From contig JAKLKE010000005.1 in the NCBI GenBank assembly GCA_023150775.1, positions 608 through 64,607 of the forward strand: a stretch of DNA of 64,000 bases, in the 5' to 3' direction. Positions 18,774-27,692 of this stretch are shown here, in pieces. The DNA comes from Myxococcota bacterium. Lineage in GTDB: Bacteria; Myxococcota_A; UBA796; CAJQPC01. The translations under genes and the position numbers were made by a program. Under the pieces are notes generated by a model. The model searched no databases and had not been told where the DNA came from. It saw only the letters and a list, made by a program, of their open reading frames with translations. Every line of letters starts with the position of its first letter. The first letter of the stretch is position 1.

Positions 18774-19253
18774 ATGGACTCCCTTCGTGACGCGCTCAAG
18801 GGCGCGTTGGCCCCAAACGAGGGCCTCGTCGCCCGGGATCCTTCCCCCCAAGATGACGCCCGCCGCGCGCCAGAGCCCCTGGATCCCACGGGGAGCGCCT
18901 GGCTCACCGAGCTCGCCCGGCACACGAAGATCCCCAAAGACACGAAGACCTCCACCCTGCGCCAGCTCACCGATCGTCTGGTCAAAGAGCTCGCGACCGC
19001 CGGCAAAGGCCGCGACTCCCGGGCCCTGGCCGACGCCCGCGACGGTTACCTCCGCGCCGCCGAGCGCGCCGCCTGGGACCACATCAAGCGCCGTTTTGAG
19101 GAGCTGGAGCTCTCGGACAAGGCCTACCGGGCGCTCAAGCAGGCCAAGAACGTGCACCCGGAGAAGGTGCTGGCGGCCTTGTACACCAAACGCGCCGAGA
19201 CCTACCGGGGCGCCTCGGCGGAGCGGGTGCGGGACTGGCTCCTGAGCCTGTGA
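18774..19253 (+). CDS. Hypothetical protein (helical, charged)
   Basis: The ATG at 18774 is preceded by GGAGG. Good GC3 bias. 159 aa. No family recognised. Confidence 0.55.
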   Translation: MDSLRDALKGALAPNEGLVARDPSPQDDARRAPEPLDPTGSAWLTELARHTKIPKDTKTSTLRQLTDRLVKELATAGKGRDSRALADARDGYLRAAERAAWDHIKRRFEELELSDKAYRALKQAKNVHPEKVLAALYTKRAETYRGASAERVRDWLLSL

Positions 19254-19346
19254 TCGGCCTCGATGAGCCGGGGTAAGGTCAAGCCCCGACTGGACAAAAA
19301 CGCCGCCTTATGCCAGGATGAGCGGGAACAGGGACTGGAGGTCCTC

Positions 19347-20072
19347 ATGCGCCCCATCGCGCCTCAGCACCCTCGGCACATCCGGCGCGGCTTCACGCTC
19401 CTGGAGGTGATGATCGTCGTGGCGATCATCACGATCCTCGCGGCGCTCGGCACCGGCTCTCTGCGTGAGCTGATCCCCCGGATGCGCACCCGAAAGGTCG
19501 CCCACGAGTTCGCCCAGCAGGTCGAGTTCATCCGCCAGCAGGCGATCCTCAACAACCGCGAGTCCTCGCTCACGATCACCGACTGGGACGACGCCTACTC
19601 CGACCCCGGCCAAGACCAGCGCGGCGCCTGGAACCTCGCCGTGGGCAACCGCTCCTTGGGCTCGACCACCTGGGACATCCTCCCCGTAGACGCCGACGTA
19701 GACGGCGTAGACGACATGGCGAGCGAAGGCAGCTACGACCTCCAGCCCGGCGCCCTCCAGGCCACGCCCTATGTCGGCCTGCTCCAGCCGGTGACCCAGC
19801 AGATCCTCTTCACCCCCCGCGGGATGCTCGCCAACTCCGTCGGTGAGCTCTCCACAGGCGGCTACTTAGAGTTCACCTTCGCCAACAAGATCGCCCTGGG
19901 CCAAGGCGTGGACGACTTCTGGGTGGTGCGGGTGTACCGAGGCGGCATGGTGCGCGTCGAGCCCGGTCAGGGCGACTACTACCAGAACGACGACGGCGGC
20001 ACCGACGACCACAGCACGGTCAGCTCGGGCTCACCCTCCTCGGGCGGCGGCGGCAGCGGCAGCCCGCAGTAG
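19347..20072 (+). CDS. Prepilin-type N-terminal methylation-domain protein (GspH/FimT-like minor pseudopilin)
   Basis: The ATG at 19347 is preceded by GGAGG. RRGFTLLEVMIVVAIITILAALG is the class III signal/methylation motif (G/FTLxE). Gly/Ser-rich C-terminal tail. Confidence 0.8.
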   Translation: MRPIAPQHPRHIRRGFTLLEVMIVVAIITILAALGTGSLRELIPRMRTRKVAHEFAQQVEFIRQQAILNNRESSLTITDWDDAYSDPGQDQRGAWNLAVGNRSLGSTTWDILPVDADVDGVDDMASEGSYDLQPGALQATPYVGLLQPVTQQILFTPRGMLANSVGELSTGGYLEFTFANKIALGQGVDDFWVVRVYRGGMVRVEPGQGDYYQNDDGGTDDHSTVSSGSPSSGGGGSGSPQ

Positions 20073-20080
20073 GGGGCCGC

Positions 20081-20584
20081 TCACCAGGGGAGCTGGCGAC
20101 CGTCCCAGCTCCACAAGCTGCCTGAGGTGGCCATCGTCAGCTCGTCCAGGCGCGCGAGCACCCCCTCGGCGACGGCCTCTGGCGCCGCATGAGGCTCAAC
20201 CGCCACGAGCACCACCGCCACCCCACGCTCGGCCATCCCCCGCGCCCAGGCCAAGGCCGCCATGTTCCGCGCCGCCAGCGCCGCCCGTAACCCCGGACGA
20301 TCCCCGGCGACGGCCAGCCCCAAGGATCCCAAGCGCTCGGTGAGCACAGCGATCTTCGCGCCCTTCGGCGGCGTGAGCTGGTGAAGCCAGGCCAGCGGCG
20401 CCTCAACGAAGGGGCCCCACAAGGCACCCAGGGCCCCAAAACCCGTCTCTGGGGCGCTGGGCGCGGGGATCACCACACGCTCCACGTCGAGATCTTCGAC
20501 GATCCGCCCGCCCCGGGCTTGGACCGCCGTGACGAGGGCCGGTCCGAGGCCCAACCTCGGCTGAATGTTCCACCGCTGCACCAT
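20081..20584 (-). CDS. Short SDR/CsgA-like protein lacking canonical cofactor and catalytic motifs
   Basis: Start at MVQRWNIQP (CAT at 20582-20584). The C-terminal ...SGSLWSWDGRQLPW resembles the C-termini of C-factor-type short-chain dehydrogenases. LRAALAARNMAA sits where YxxxK is expected. No TGxxxGxG motif. Confidence 0.45.
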   Translation of the reverse strand: MVQRWNIQPRLGLGPALVTAVQARGGRIVEDLDVERVVIPAPSAPETGFGALGALWGPFVEAPLAWLHQLTPPKGAKIAVLTERLGSLGLAVAGDRPGLRAALAARNMAALAWARGMAERGVAVVLVAVEPHAAPEAVAEGVLARLDELTMATSGSLWSWDGRQLPW

Positions 20585-20652
20585 CGAATGTGCCCTCCAC
20601 GAGACGCTTGGCGGTACACTATCCCCCAAACCGGCGATCAAGGAGGAGCGCC

Positions 20653-22968
20653 ATGCGTACCCTGTGGATTCTGGGCCTCAGCGCCCTGGTGATGACGGGC
20701 TGCAAAGGAGAGACGGACGGCACGGTCGAGGAGACCGGCGTTGAGGGCGGCGACAGCGCCGGGGCCGATAGCGGCGGCGGCGACAGCGACAGCGACCAGC
20801 CCCTCGACGAGGACGGCGACGGCGTCACCGCCGACACCGACTGCGACGACCTCGACGCCGCCATCTTCCCCGGCGCCGATGAGCTCTGCGACGAGCGCGA
20901 CAACGACTGCGACGGCGAGATCGACGAGGACGCGATCAACCCCGCCACCTTCTACGCCGACAAAGACGGCGACGGCTACGGCGCCGACGACGAGCCCCTG
21001 AAGGCCTGCGTCCAGCCCGAGGGCTACGTCACCCCGGCGGGGGACTGCGACGACGAGGACGCGCGCTTTTACCCCAGCGCTGAGGAGTCCGACTGCGAGG
21101 ACCCCAACGACTACAACTGCGACGGCTCCGTAGGCTATGACGACGCCGACGCCGACGGCTTCCCCGCCTGCAACGACTGCAACGACAAAGACGGCACGAT
21201 CAGCCCCGACGGTCTGGAGGTCTGCGACGGCGCCGACAACGACTGCGACGGCCTCAAGGACGACGGCGACGACAGCCTCGACGTGAGCACGACGACGACG
21301 GCTTACCAAGACAACGACAGCGACGGCTACGGCGACGCCGACTTCGCCCTGCAGCGCTGCGCGACGCCCCCGGGCTACGCGCCGCTCTCCGGCGACTGCG
21401 ACGAGGCCAACCCCGCGGTGAACCCCGGCGCGACCGAGATCTGCGACGGCCTCGACAACGACTGCGACACCTTGGCCGACGACGCCGACGACAGCCTCGA
21501 CTCCTCCACGGCCTCCACCTTCTACGCCGACGACGACGGAGACAGCTTCGGCGACGCCGCCGACGCGCTCTTGGCCTGTGAGCAGCCCGCGAGCGCCGTC
21601 GCCGACAGCCAAGACTGCGATGACACCGACGCGGAGATCAACCCCGACGGCGTCGAGATCTGCGACGGCGCCGACAACAACTGCGACGGCGTCACCGACA
21701 CCGACGCCGTCGATGTCTCCACCTGGTACGACGACGCCGATGGCGACGGCTACGGCGACGCCAGCGCCTCAAGCGACGCCTGCGAGGCCCCCTCGGGCGC
21801 CGTCGCCGACGCCACGGACTGCGACGACACGAACGGCGCGGTGAGCCCCGGCGCCGTAGAGCTGTGCAGCGACAAGCTCGACAACGACTGCGACGGCCTC
21901 ACCGACGACTCCAGCGCCTCGGACGCCAAGACCTACTACGCCGACGCCGACGGCGACGGCGAGGGCGACGCCAGCGTGGTGATCAAGGCCTGCTCCCGCC
22001 CGTCCGGGGCCATCGGCAACAAGAAGGACTGCGACGACACCGACGCCGACGTGTACTCCAGCGCCACCGAGGTCTGCGACGACAAAGACAACGACTGCGA
22101 CGGCGACATCGACGGCGACGCCGTAGACGCGACGAGCTGGTTCAACGACGACGACGGCGACACCTTCGGCGACCCGGGCGCCGAGACCATCGCCTGCGAC
22201 CAGCCCTCGGGCACGGTCACCGACGACCTCGACTGCGACGACGTGGACGAGACGGTGAACCCCGACGCGGACGAGGTGTGTAACGGCGTCGATGACGACT
22301 GCGACGGCAGCGCCGACACCACCGCCGACCGCGCCTACGACGCCGACGGCGACGGGGTCTACAACTGCGCCGACAGCACGGTCTACAGCTACAACTACGA
22401 CGACAGCGCCTTCACCGGCTGGACCACGACGGACCTCAGCGGCGGCGGCAACGCGGGCTCGTGGAAGATGTCCGGCGGCTACCTCTACGAGTCGTCCAAC
22501 GCCGCGAACGCCGTCGCCGTGGGCCCCGACATGGGGGAGATGGAGTCGTTCACCGTCAGCGCCGAGGTCTACGCGAACGGCACGGCGACGACCGGCGCCA
22601 TCAACGGCTGCGGCCTCGCCTTCGGCTACGTCGACGCCTCAAACTACTGGCTCGTGCGTTGGCTCGATCCCAACGCCTTCTACGGCTCCTACAGCAGCAA
22701 AGGCCAGATCGACCTCTACCGCTGCGTGAGCGGCGCCTGCGCCAGCCTCGCGACCGACGACAACAGCCGCGACCTCACCCGCGACAAGACCTGGACCGAC
22801 ATCTCGATCACCGTCGTCGGCCCCGACGTCACGGTCACCTTCGACGGCGTCGAGGTCTTGGACTACGAGGCGTCCACCTCGCCCATCGGCCTCAACAAGC
22901 CCGGCGTGTGGAGCTACGACGCCGACTCCGGCTGCTACTTCGACAACTTCGTCGTCACGAGCCCCTGA
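20653..22968 (+). CDS. Lipoprotein with about 8 Cys/Asp-rich MopE-type putative metal-binding repeats and a C-terminal LamG/DUF1080-like domain
   Basis: AGGAGGAG Shine-Dalgarno, then ATG at 20653. LSALVMTGC lipobox. Repeats D.DGDGyG.....C..P.G......DCDD.d..i.PgA.E.CdG.DNDCDG. The C-terminal ~200 aa are beta-rich and end ...CYFDNFVVTSP. Confidence 0.85.
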   Translation: MRTLWILGLSALVMTGCKGETDGTVEETGVEGGDSAGADSGGGDSDSDQPLDEDGDGVTADTDCDDLDAAIFPGADELCDERDNDCDGEIDEDAINPATFYADKDGDGYGADDEPLKACVQPEGYVTPAGDCDDEDARFYPSAEESDCEDPNDYNCDGSVGYDDADADGFPACNDCNDKDGTISPDGLEVCDGADNDCDGLKDDGDDSLDVSTTTTAYQDNDSDGYGDADFALQRCATPPGYAPLSGDCDEANPAVNPGATEICDGLDNDCDTLADDADDSLDSSTASTFYADDDGDSFGDAADALLACEQPASAVADSQDCDDTDAEINPDGVEICDGADNNCDGVTDTDAVDVSTWYDDADGDGYGDASASSDACEAPSGAVADATDCDDTNGAVSPGAVELCSDKLDNDCDGLTDDSSASDAKTYYADADGDGEGDASVVIKACSRPSGAIGNKKDCDDTDADVYSSATEVCDDKDNDCDGDIDGDAVDATSWFNDDDGDTFGDPGAETIACDQPSGTVTDDLDCDDVDETVNPDADEVCNGVDDDCDGSADTTADRAYDADGDGVYNCADSTVYSYNYDDSAFTGWTTTDLSGGGNAGSWKMSGGYLYESSNAANAVAVGPDMGEMESFTVSAEVYANGTATTGAINGCGLAFGYVDASNYWLVRWLDPNAFYGSYSSKGQIDLYRCVSGACASLATDDNSRDLTRDKTWTDISITVVGPDVTVTFDGVEVLDYEASTSPIGLNKPGVWSYDADSGCYFDNFVVTSP
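20806..22320 (+). repeat. About eight tandem ~180-nt coding repeats (Cys/Asp-rich motif)
   Basis: The recurring nucleotide strings gacaacgactgcgacggc and gacggcgacggctacggcg are visible through this interval. They correspond to the DNDCDG and DGDGYG peptide motifs. Confidence 0.8.
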
Positions 22969-22992
22969 GCGAAGAGGCCGACGCCGAGCGGC

Positions 22993-23994
22993 TCAGCGGG
23001 GCGACCCCTCGCTGAGCTGCACGTCGATGGCGACGTCTACGGCGCCTGAGCCATAGAGCAGGTCATCCCGCCGGGCGAGGTATTGAAGCTCACCCAGGCG
23101 GCGCAGGGCCGTCGTCGCCGCGGTCACGCGGTCGGCGCGCACCCGCATCACGACCTGGGCCTGGGTGGCGCTGTCAAAGGCGCGGAGGTCCATGGCTTCG
23201 CCCGTCGAGGCGTCGATGAGCTGCCCGCCGTTTAGGCGCGCGAGCTCGTTGAGCTGGCTGAGCACCCGCTTGTCGCTGGCCCGCAGGCGGTAGCTCATCG
23301 CGGCGTCGAGGCCCCTCTGGCCCCCGGCGCCGAGGCTGCCGCGTGTGGGATCCGCGGGGGCGGCGGCGGAGAGCTCCGCCGAGGCGAGGCCGTCGAGACC
23401 AGCCTCGGAGGCCGCGTCGCTCGGGGCGGGATCGGGCAGGCGCAGGCTCGGGTTGGAGCGGGGCCGGGCCTGGGCCACGGCGTCCGGGGTGGCCACGGTG
23501 AGGCCCGCGTCTGGGCCTTGGGCGAGGGCGGCAGGCGGCGGGCTGGGCGCGGCGGCGGGGGCGAGGGCCGGGGCCCCCTCCACACCCACGGCGGGCCGCC
23601 CCTGGGCCACGGCGTCAACACCAGCGTCTTCAGCGCCCGTCGTCGCCGGGGTCTGCTGCGGCGCGCTCTGCACAAAAAACAGCACCAAGGCCCCGGCCGC
23701 CGCCAAGGCGAGGCCCTCCCAAGGGAGCTGGCGCAGGGCGTCCCGCAGGCGCTCAAAGAGGCTCGGCGGGGCGAGCTCGGCGTCGATGCGGGCGTTGAGG
23801 CGCTCGGCGAAGCCCGCCGGGGGCTCCACCGGGCCGTGCTCTCGGGTGAACTCCATCGCCCCTTGCAGAGCGTGCAGCTCAGCGCGCAGGGCGGGATCTT
23901 CCCGGAGCGCGCGCTCGACGGCCTCGACCTCATCCGGGTCAAGCTCACCGTCAAGGAGCGCGGAGAGGTTCTCAGGAGCGCGGGGGTCAGTCAT
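22993..23994 (-). CDS. Anti-sigma factor (single-pass membrane, no zinc motif)
   Basis: N-terminal LSALLDGELDPDEVEAVERALREDPALRAELHALQ is typical of anti-sigma N-terminal domains. TM segment LPWEGLALAAAGALVLFFV. Located directly downstream of an ECF sigma gene. Confidence 0.8.
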   Translation of the reverse strand: MTDPRAPENLSALLDGELDPDEVEAVERALREDPALRAELHALQGAMEFTREHGPVEPPAGFAERLNARIDAELAPPSLFERLRDALRQLPWEGLALAAAGALVLFFVQSAPQQTPATTGAEDAGVDAVAQGRPAVGVEGAPALAPAAAPSPPPAALAQGPDAGLTVATPDAVAQARPRSNPSLRLPDPAPSDAASEAGLDGLASAELSAAAPADPTRGSLGAGGQRGLDAAMSYRLRASDKRVLSQLNELARLNGGQLIDASTGEAMDLRAFDSATQAQVVMRVRADRVTAATTALRRLGELQYLARRDDLLYGSGAVDVAIDVQLSEGSPR

Positions 23995-24024
23995 GGTGCG
24001 TCCGTGAGGAAGAAGAGGAGGAGG

Positions 24025-24651
24025 TCAGACGACATCTTCGAGGCCGACCTTGCGGGAGAGGCGGCGGGCGAGCTCGGCGCGGGCGCGGTGCAGGCGCGAC
24101 TTGACCGTGCCTTTGGGGAGCTGGAGCAGCTCGGCGATCTCTTCGTAGCTGAGATCATCCACGTCCCGCAGGAGCACGATCTCGCGCTGGTCGTCGTCCA
24201 AGGCGTCGAGCGCGGCCTGGAGGAGCCTGCTCGCCTCAGCGCGGTTGATCGAGGCGTCGGGGCCCGGCGCGTCGATGGCGTACTGCTTGACCGGGCCGTC
24301 GTCGTCGCCGCCGACCGGGGCGTCGATGGACTCGTGGCGATCTTCACGGCGGCGGTTGCCGTAGACGAGGCGGTTCTTGCAGTGGTTCGTGGCCACCCGG
24401 AAGATCCAGGTGGAGAGCTTGGACTCACCGCGAAAGTCGGCGAGGCTCTTGTAGAGGGCGATGAAGACGTCTTGGGCGACCTCTTCAGCCTTGGCGGGGT
24501 CGCGCAGCCAACGAAAACACAGGCTATAAACCCGGCTTTGGTAGCGGCGCACGAGCTCACTAAACGCGGATCGATCACCGGACCCGAACCTCCTCACTAG
24601 CTCTTCATCGGAGGTGACGCCCAGCGTCATGGCGAGCAGTGTCGCGAACAT
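24025..24651 (-). CDS. ECF RNA polymerase sigma factor (RpoE-like)
   Basis: LVRRFGSGDRSAFSELVRRYQSRVYSLCFRWL..AEEVAQDVFIALYKSL (region 2) and DDLSYEEIAELLQLPKGTVKSRLHRARAEL (region 4.2). GGAGG lies 8 nt upstream of the ATG at 24651. Confidence 0.92.
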   Translation of the reverse strand: MFATLLAMTLGVTSDEELVRRFGSGDRSAFSELVRRYQSRVYSLCFRWLRDPAKAEEVAQDVFIALYKSLADFRGESKLSTWIFRVATNHCKNRLVYGNRRREDRHESIDAPVGGDDDGPVKQYAIDAPGPDASINRAEASRLLQAALDALDDDQREIVLLRDVDDLSYEEIAELLQLPKGTVKSRLHRARAELARRLSRKVGLEDVV

Positions 24652-24671
24652 GCCGAGCGCCTCCGAAAGAG

Positions 24672-24700
24672 CAGACCGCGCGGGGGTGCGGAAGGTTCCG
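24672..24700 (-). promoter_or_regulatory. Candidate ECF-type (autoregulatory) promoter GGAAC-N18-GTC
   Basis: The minus strand reads GGAACC (24699-24694), then TTCCGCACCCCCGCGCG, then GTCT (24676-24673). This is followed by the GGAGG Shine-Dalgarno and the sigma ATG. It resembles the GGAAC-N17/18-GTT/GTC consensus of RpoE/SigE-like ECF promoters. Confidence 0.4.
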
Positions 24701-24732
24701 CGCGCGGCCGGTGAGGAAGGTTCAAGGAGCGT

Positions 24733-25242
24733 TTAGAGATCGTCGTCTTGGCTCTTCTTCTCAAGCTTGATCTTCGCGCCCGTGCGCAGGGAGTCCTGCA
24801 CCTGGTGCAGCGAGAGCCTCGGCGTGGGGAAGATCGTCTTGCGGATGCGGGCGCCCTTGAACGAGCAGCCGTCGATGTTCGCGCAGTCGAGGTCGGCGTC
24901 CTCTAAGATCGCGTCGTCGAAGCAGGCGTCCTTGAGGTTCGCGTTCCACATCGACGCGCCGCTCAAGTCCGCGCCGCGGAAGGAGCAGCGGGCGAGGTTG
25001 GCCTCGGCGAGCTTGATCCAGCGGAGCTTGGCGCCGTCGAACGACACGCCGCTGAGGTCAGCGCCGCGCAGGTCGAGGTGCTCTAAGTTCCCGTTCTTGC
25101 GCAGCATGTCGACGATCTGCTTACGCGACGGGATGCGGGTGTTCTCTAAGGAGAGGATGTCCTTGCCCGTGGCGTTCAGGGGGAGGACACCTGGGGGGGT
25201 AACCGGAGGCTGATCTGAGTCGCGACGTGAGCTTCGAGCCAT
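24733..25242 (-). CDS. Pentapeptide-repeat protein
   Basis: Consecutive A(D/N)LxX pentapeptides (LDLRGADLSGVSFDGAKLRWIKLAEANLARCSFRGADLSGASMWNANLKDACFDDAILEDADLDCANIDGCSF). The ATG at 25242 would overlap the gshB 3' end by 67 nt, so the start is uncertain. Confidence 0.8.
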   Translation of the reverse strand: MARSSRRDSDQPPVTPPGVLPLNATGKDILSLENTRIPSRKQIVDMLRKNGNLEHLDLRGADLSGVSFDGAKLRWIKLAEANLARCSFRGADLSGASMWNANLKDACFDDAILEDADLDCANIDGCSFKGARIRKTIFPTPRLSLHQVQDSLRTGAKIKLEKKSQDDDL

Positions 25243-26171
25243 TGAATCACCGGGGCGGTGAGGTCGAGACCAGTGAACTCCTGAATCATGTGGAGCCCAC
25301 CAGGGTTGAGGGTGTTGACCTCTACCACCTGCCCTCCAATAACATCGACGCCAGCGAACCAGACGCCGTCAGCGCGGAGGTGGGGTGTGAGAGCGTCAAC
25401 CAGCGCGTGATCTTGAGGGGTGATCTCGCAAGGTTCCGGTTGACCGCCTTGTTTGAGGTTGTGCCGGAACTCACCTGGAGCTCGCCGCCGGAGGTAACCG
25501 CCGAGCAAGCGCCCGTCCAACCACACGAGGCGCTTCTCGCCCTCCTCGGCGGCGACGAGGTACTCTTGGGCGACGATGTAGCCGTCTCCGGCGTCTCTCG
25601 CGCCGTCCAAGGCCTGCTCTAGGGGCATCGGGCTCTGGGGCGGCACGAGCTGGATGCCGCGGCCTCCCGAGGCCCGGGCGGGCTTGATGATCGTGCCCGT
25701 GGGCTGGTCGGCGGCGAAGGCCGCGAGGGTCGAGAACGAGCGGCTCACCAGCGTGCGCGGCGTCGGCACGTCCGTCAGCGTCGCCAGATAGGCCTTGTTG
25801 GAGGTGCGCACCAGGGCGCTCGGGGCGCACAAGACCGGCACGCCGAGGCGCTCGACCAAAGACGCGAAGCTCAACACCGAGGCGTTGATCGGGTTGATGC
25901 GTAACAACAGGAGGTCGAGGCGGCCGAGCTCGACGTAACGCCGGGCCGCCGTGCGGCCGCGCAGCTTCTCGCAGAGGCTCTCGCGGCTGATCTCTTGGGG
26001 CGGGAAGACGTGCGCGCGCGCCACGAGGCGGCCCTCGGCGTCGATCTCGAAGTCCCAGGGCTCGATGAAGCGCAGCTCATGCCCGGCGCGGAGCGCGCCG
26101 CAGGCGATGTGAACGGTGGTCCAGGTCGGCTCGACCTGGGAGGCCCGGGTGATCGCGACGCCGATGCGCAG
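25176..26171 (-). CDS. gshB: Glutathione synthetase (ATP-grasp, GshB family); apparent non-canonical CTG start
   Basis: Collinear with E. coli GshB from the first residues (LRIGVAITRASQVEP.. vs MIKLGIVMDPIANIN..). Also IIKPARASGGRGI, EGEKRLVWLDGRLL and NLKQGGQPEPCEIT. There is no ATG/GTG/TTG in frame near the conserved N-terminus. The CTG at 26171-26169 is preceded by GGAG with a 6-nt spacer. Confidence 0.8.
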   Translation of the reverse strand: MRIGVAITRASQVEPTWTTVHIACGALRAGHELRFIEPWDFEIDAEGRLVARAHVFPPQEISRESLCEKLRGRTAARRYVELGRLDLLLLRINPINASVLSFASLVERLGVPVLCAPSALVRTSNKAYLATLTDVPTPRTLVSRSFSTLAAFAADQPTGTIIKPARASGGRGIQLVPPQSPMPLEQALDGARDAGDGYIVAQEYLVAAEEGEKRLVWLDGRLLGGYLRRRAPGEFRHNLKQGGQPEPCEITPQDHALVDALTPHLRADGVWFAGVDVIGGQVVEVNTLNPGGLHMIQEFTGLDLTAPVIQWLEAHVATQISLRLPPQVSSP

Positions 26172-26201
26172 GGGAGGCTCCGTTGTGCTAGTCTTCGGGG
26201 G

Positions 26202-27692
26202 ATGCGCGCGCTGATGGACCGAGTCGGCCTGCTCTTGAAGGCCCGATACCCGCTGCTCTACCTGCTCACCTATGAAGAGGAGCGTGTGGAGCGTAACTTG
26301 CTGAAGCTCTGTGAGCGCCAGAGCCTGTCCATCTGGCGCTGGAGGTTGACGGAGGGCCTCGGCCCGCTGGGTGGCGCCCCCCGCGACGGCACCAAGGATC
26401 CCCTCGACGCCCTGAACGAGGTGGCGCGAGTGACCGAGCCGGCGCTGTTTGTCATGGCGGATCTGCACGTCGCCTTCGACCGCCCCGACGTCATCCGCCG
26501 CCTGCGCGACCTCGAGCCCATGCTCGGCGCCCGGGGCCAGGCCATCGTCTTGCTCTCCCCCACCCTGCGCCTGCCCCGTGAGCTGGAGAAGGACCTCACC
26601 GTGCTCGACGTGCCGCTGCCCGACGCGGAGGAGGTCGGCCGGGTGCTCAAGGCGCTCTTGCGCAAACAGAACCAGGAGCTCACCCAAGAGCTCTTTGAGC
26701 AGATCGTGCGCATCTCGCTGGGCCTCACCGAGAAGGAGATCAAGCGCACCTTCGCCCGGGTGGTGCTCGATGGCGGCGGCTTCTCCACGGAGCGCCTCAA
26801 AGATCTCGCCGAGGCCAAACGCCAGGCGATCCGCCGCAGCCCGCACCTGGAGTTCTACGACCACGTCGAAGAGATGGGCGATGTGGGCGGCTTGGGCAAC
26901 CTCAAGGAGTGGCTCGGCCGCCGCGCCGTGGCCTTCTCCGAGCGCGCCCGAGAGTACGGCCTGCCCGAGCCCAAGGGCGTGTTCTTGTTGGGTGTGCAGG
27001 GCTGCGGAAAGTCCCTCACCGCCAAGGCCGTCGCCGGGCTGTTCCGCATCCCGCTCCTGCGTATGGACGTCGGCGCCTTGTTCTCTGGCTCAGACCGGGT
27101 GGAGGACTCGCTGCGGGAGACGATCCGCATCGCCGAGTCGATCTCCCCGGCGGTGTTGTGGATCGATGAGCTGGAGAAGGGCTTTCTGAACCAAGGCCAG
27201 TCGGCCTCGGGCAGCGCCTTCGGCACCTTCTTGACCTGGATGCAGGAGAAGTCGAAGCCGGTGTTTGTCGTGGCCACGGCGAACGAGGTGCGCTCCTTGC
27301 CGCCAGAGCTCCTGCGTAAAGGCCGCTTCGACGAGATCTTCTTCGTGGACCTGCCCGACGTTCACGAGCGCCTGCAGATCCTCGACATCCACCTGCGCCG
27401 CCGCGGGCGGGATCCTTCGGGCCTCGATCTGTACCAATGCGCTGAAGAGAGCGACAAGTACTCCGGCGCCGAGCTAGAGCAGGTCGTCATCGAGGCCTTG
27501 TTCAACACCTTCGCCGACCAGCGCCCCCTCAACGAGCGTGAGCTGTTACGCGTCATTCGCGAGACGGTGCCTTTGGCCGTGACGATGGACGACCGCCTCA
27601 AGGAGCTTCGGGAGTGGGCCCGGCCCCGCACCCGCCCCGCGAGCGCCGACCGCCGACGCATCGACTACTTCGAGGAGTTTCAGGAGTCATGA
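26202..27692 (+). CDS. AAA+ family ATPase with ~230-aa N-terminal domain
   Basis: Start at [29 protein letters not shown]. Walker [19 protein letters not shown]. Walker [43 protein letters not shown] (sensor/Arg finger region). Confidence 0.88.
   Translation: MRALMDRVGLLLKARYPLLYLLTYEEERVERNLLKLCERQSLSIWRWRLTEGLGPLGGAPRDGTKDPLDALNEVARVTEPALFVMADLHVAFDRPDVIRRLRDLEPMLGARGQAIVLLSPTLRLPRELEKDLTVLDVPLPDAEEVGRVLKALLRKQNQELTQELFEQIVRISLGLTEKEIKRTFARVVLDGGGFSTERLKDLAEAKRQAIRRSPHLEFYDHVEEMGDVGGLGNLKEWLGRRAVAFSERAREYGLPEPKGVFLLGVQGCGKSLTAKAVAGLFRIPLLRMDVGALFSGSDRVEDSLRETIRIAESISPAVLWIDELEKGFLNQGQSASGSAFGTFLTWMQEKSKPVFVVATANEVRSLPPELLRKGRFDEIFFVDLPDVHERLQILDIHLRRRGRDPSGLDLYQCAEESDKYSGAELEQVVIEALFNTFADQRPLNERELLRVIRETVPLAVTMDDRLKELREWARPRTRPASADRRRIDYFEEFQES

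Noticed and set aside
20638-21612. 324-aa minus ORF (plus several + strand alternative-frame ORFs at 20741-22729)
   Set aside because: It is antisense or out of frame to the Cys/Asp-rich repeat lipoprotein. Its Val/Ala/Gly-rich low-complexity translation is a mirror of the GAC/GGC repeats.
26172-26864. N-terminal 231-codon extension of the 562-aa minus ORF containing gshB
   Set aside because: It has no homology to GshB and is antisense to the AAA+ ATPase gene, whose N-terminus (MRALMDRV…) and Walker motifs are clear.
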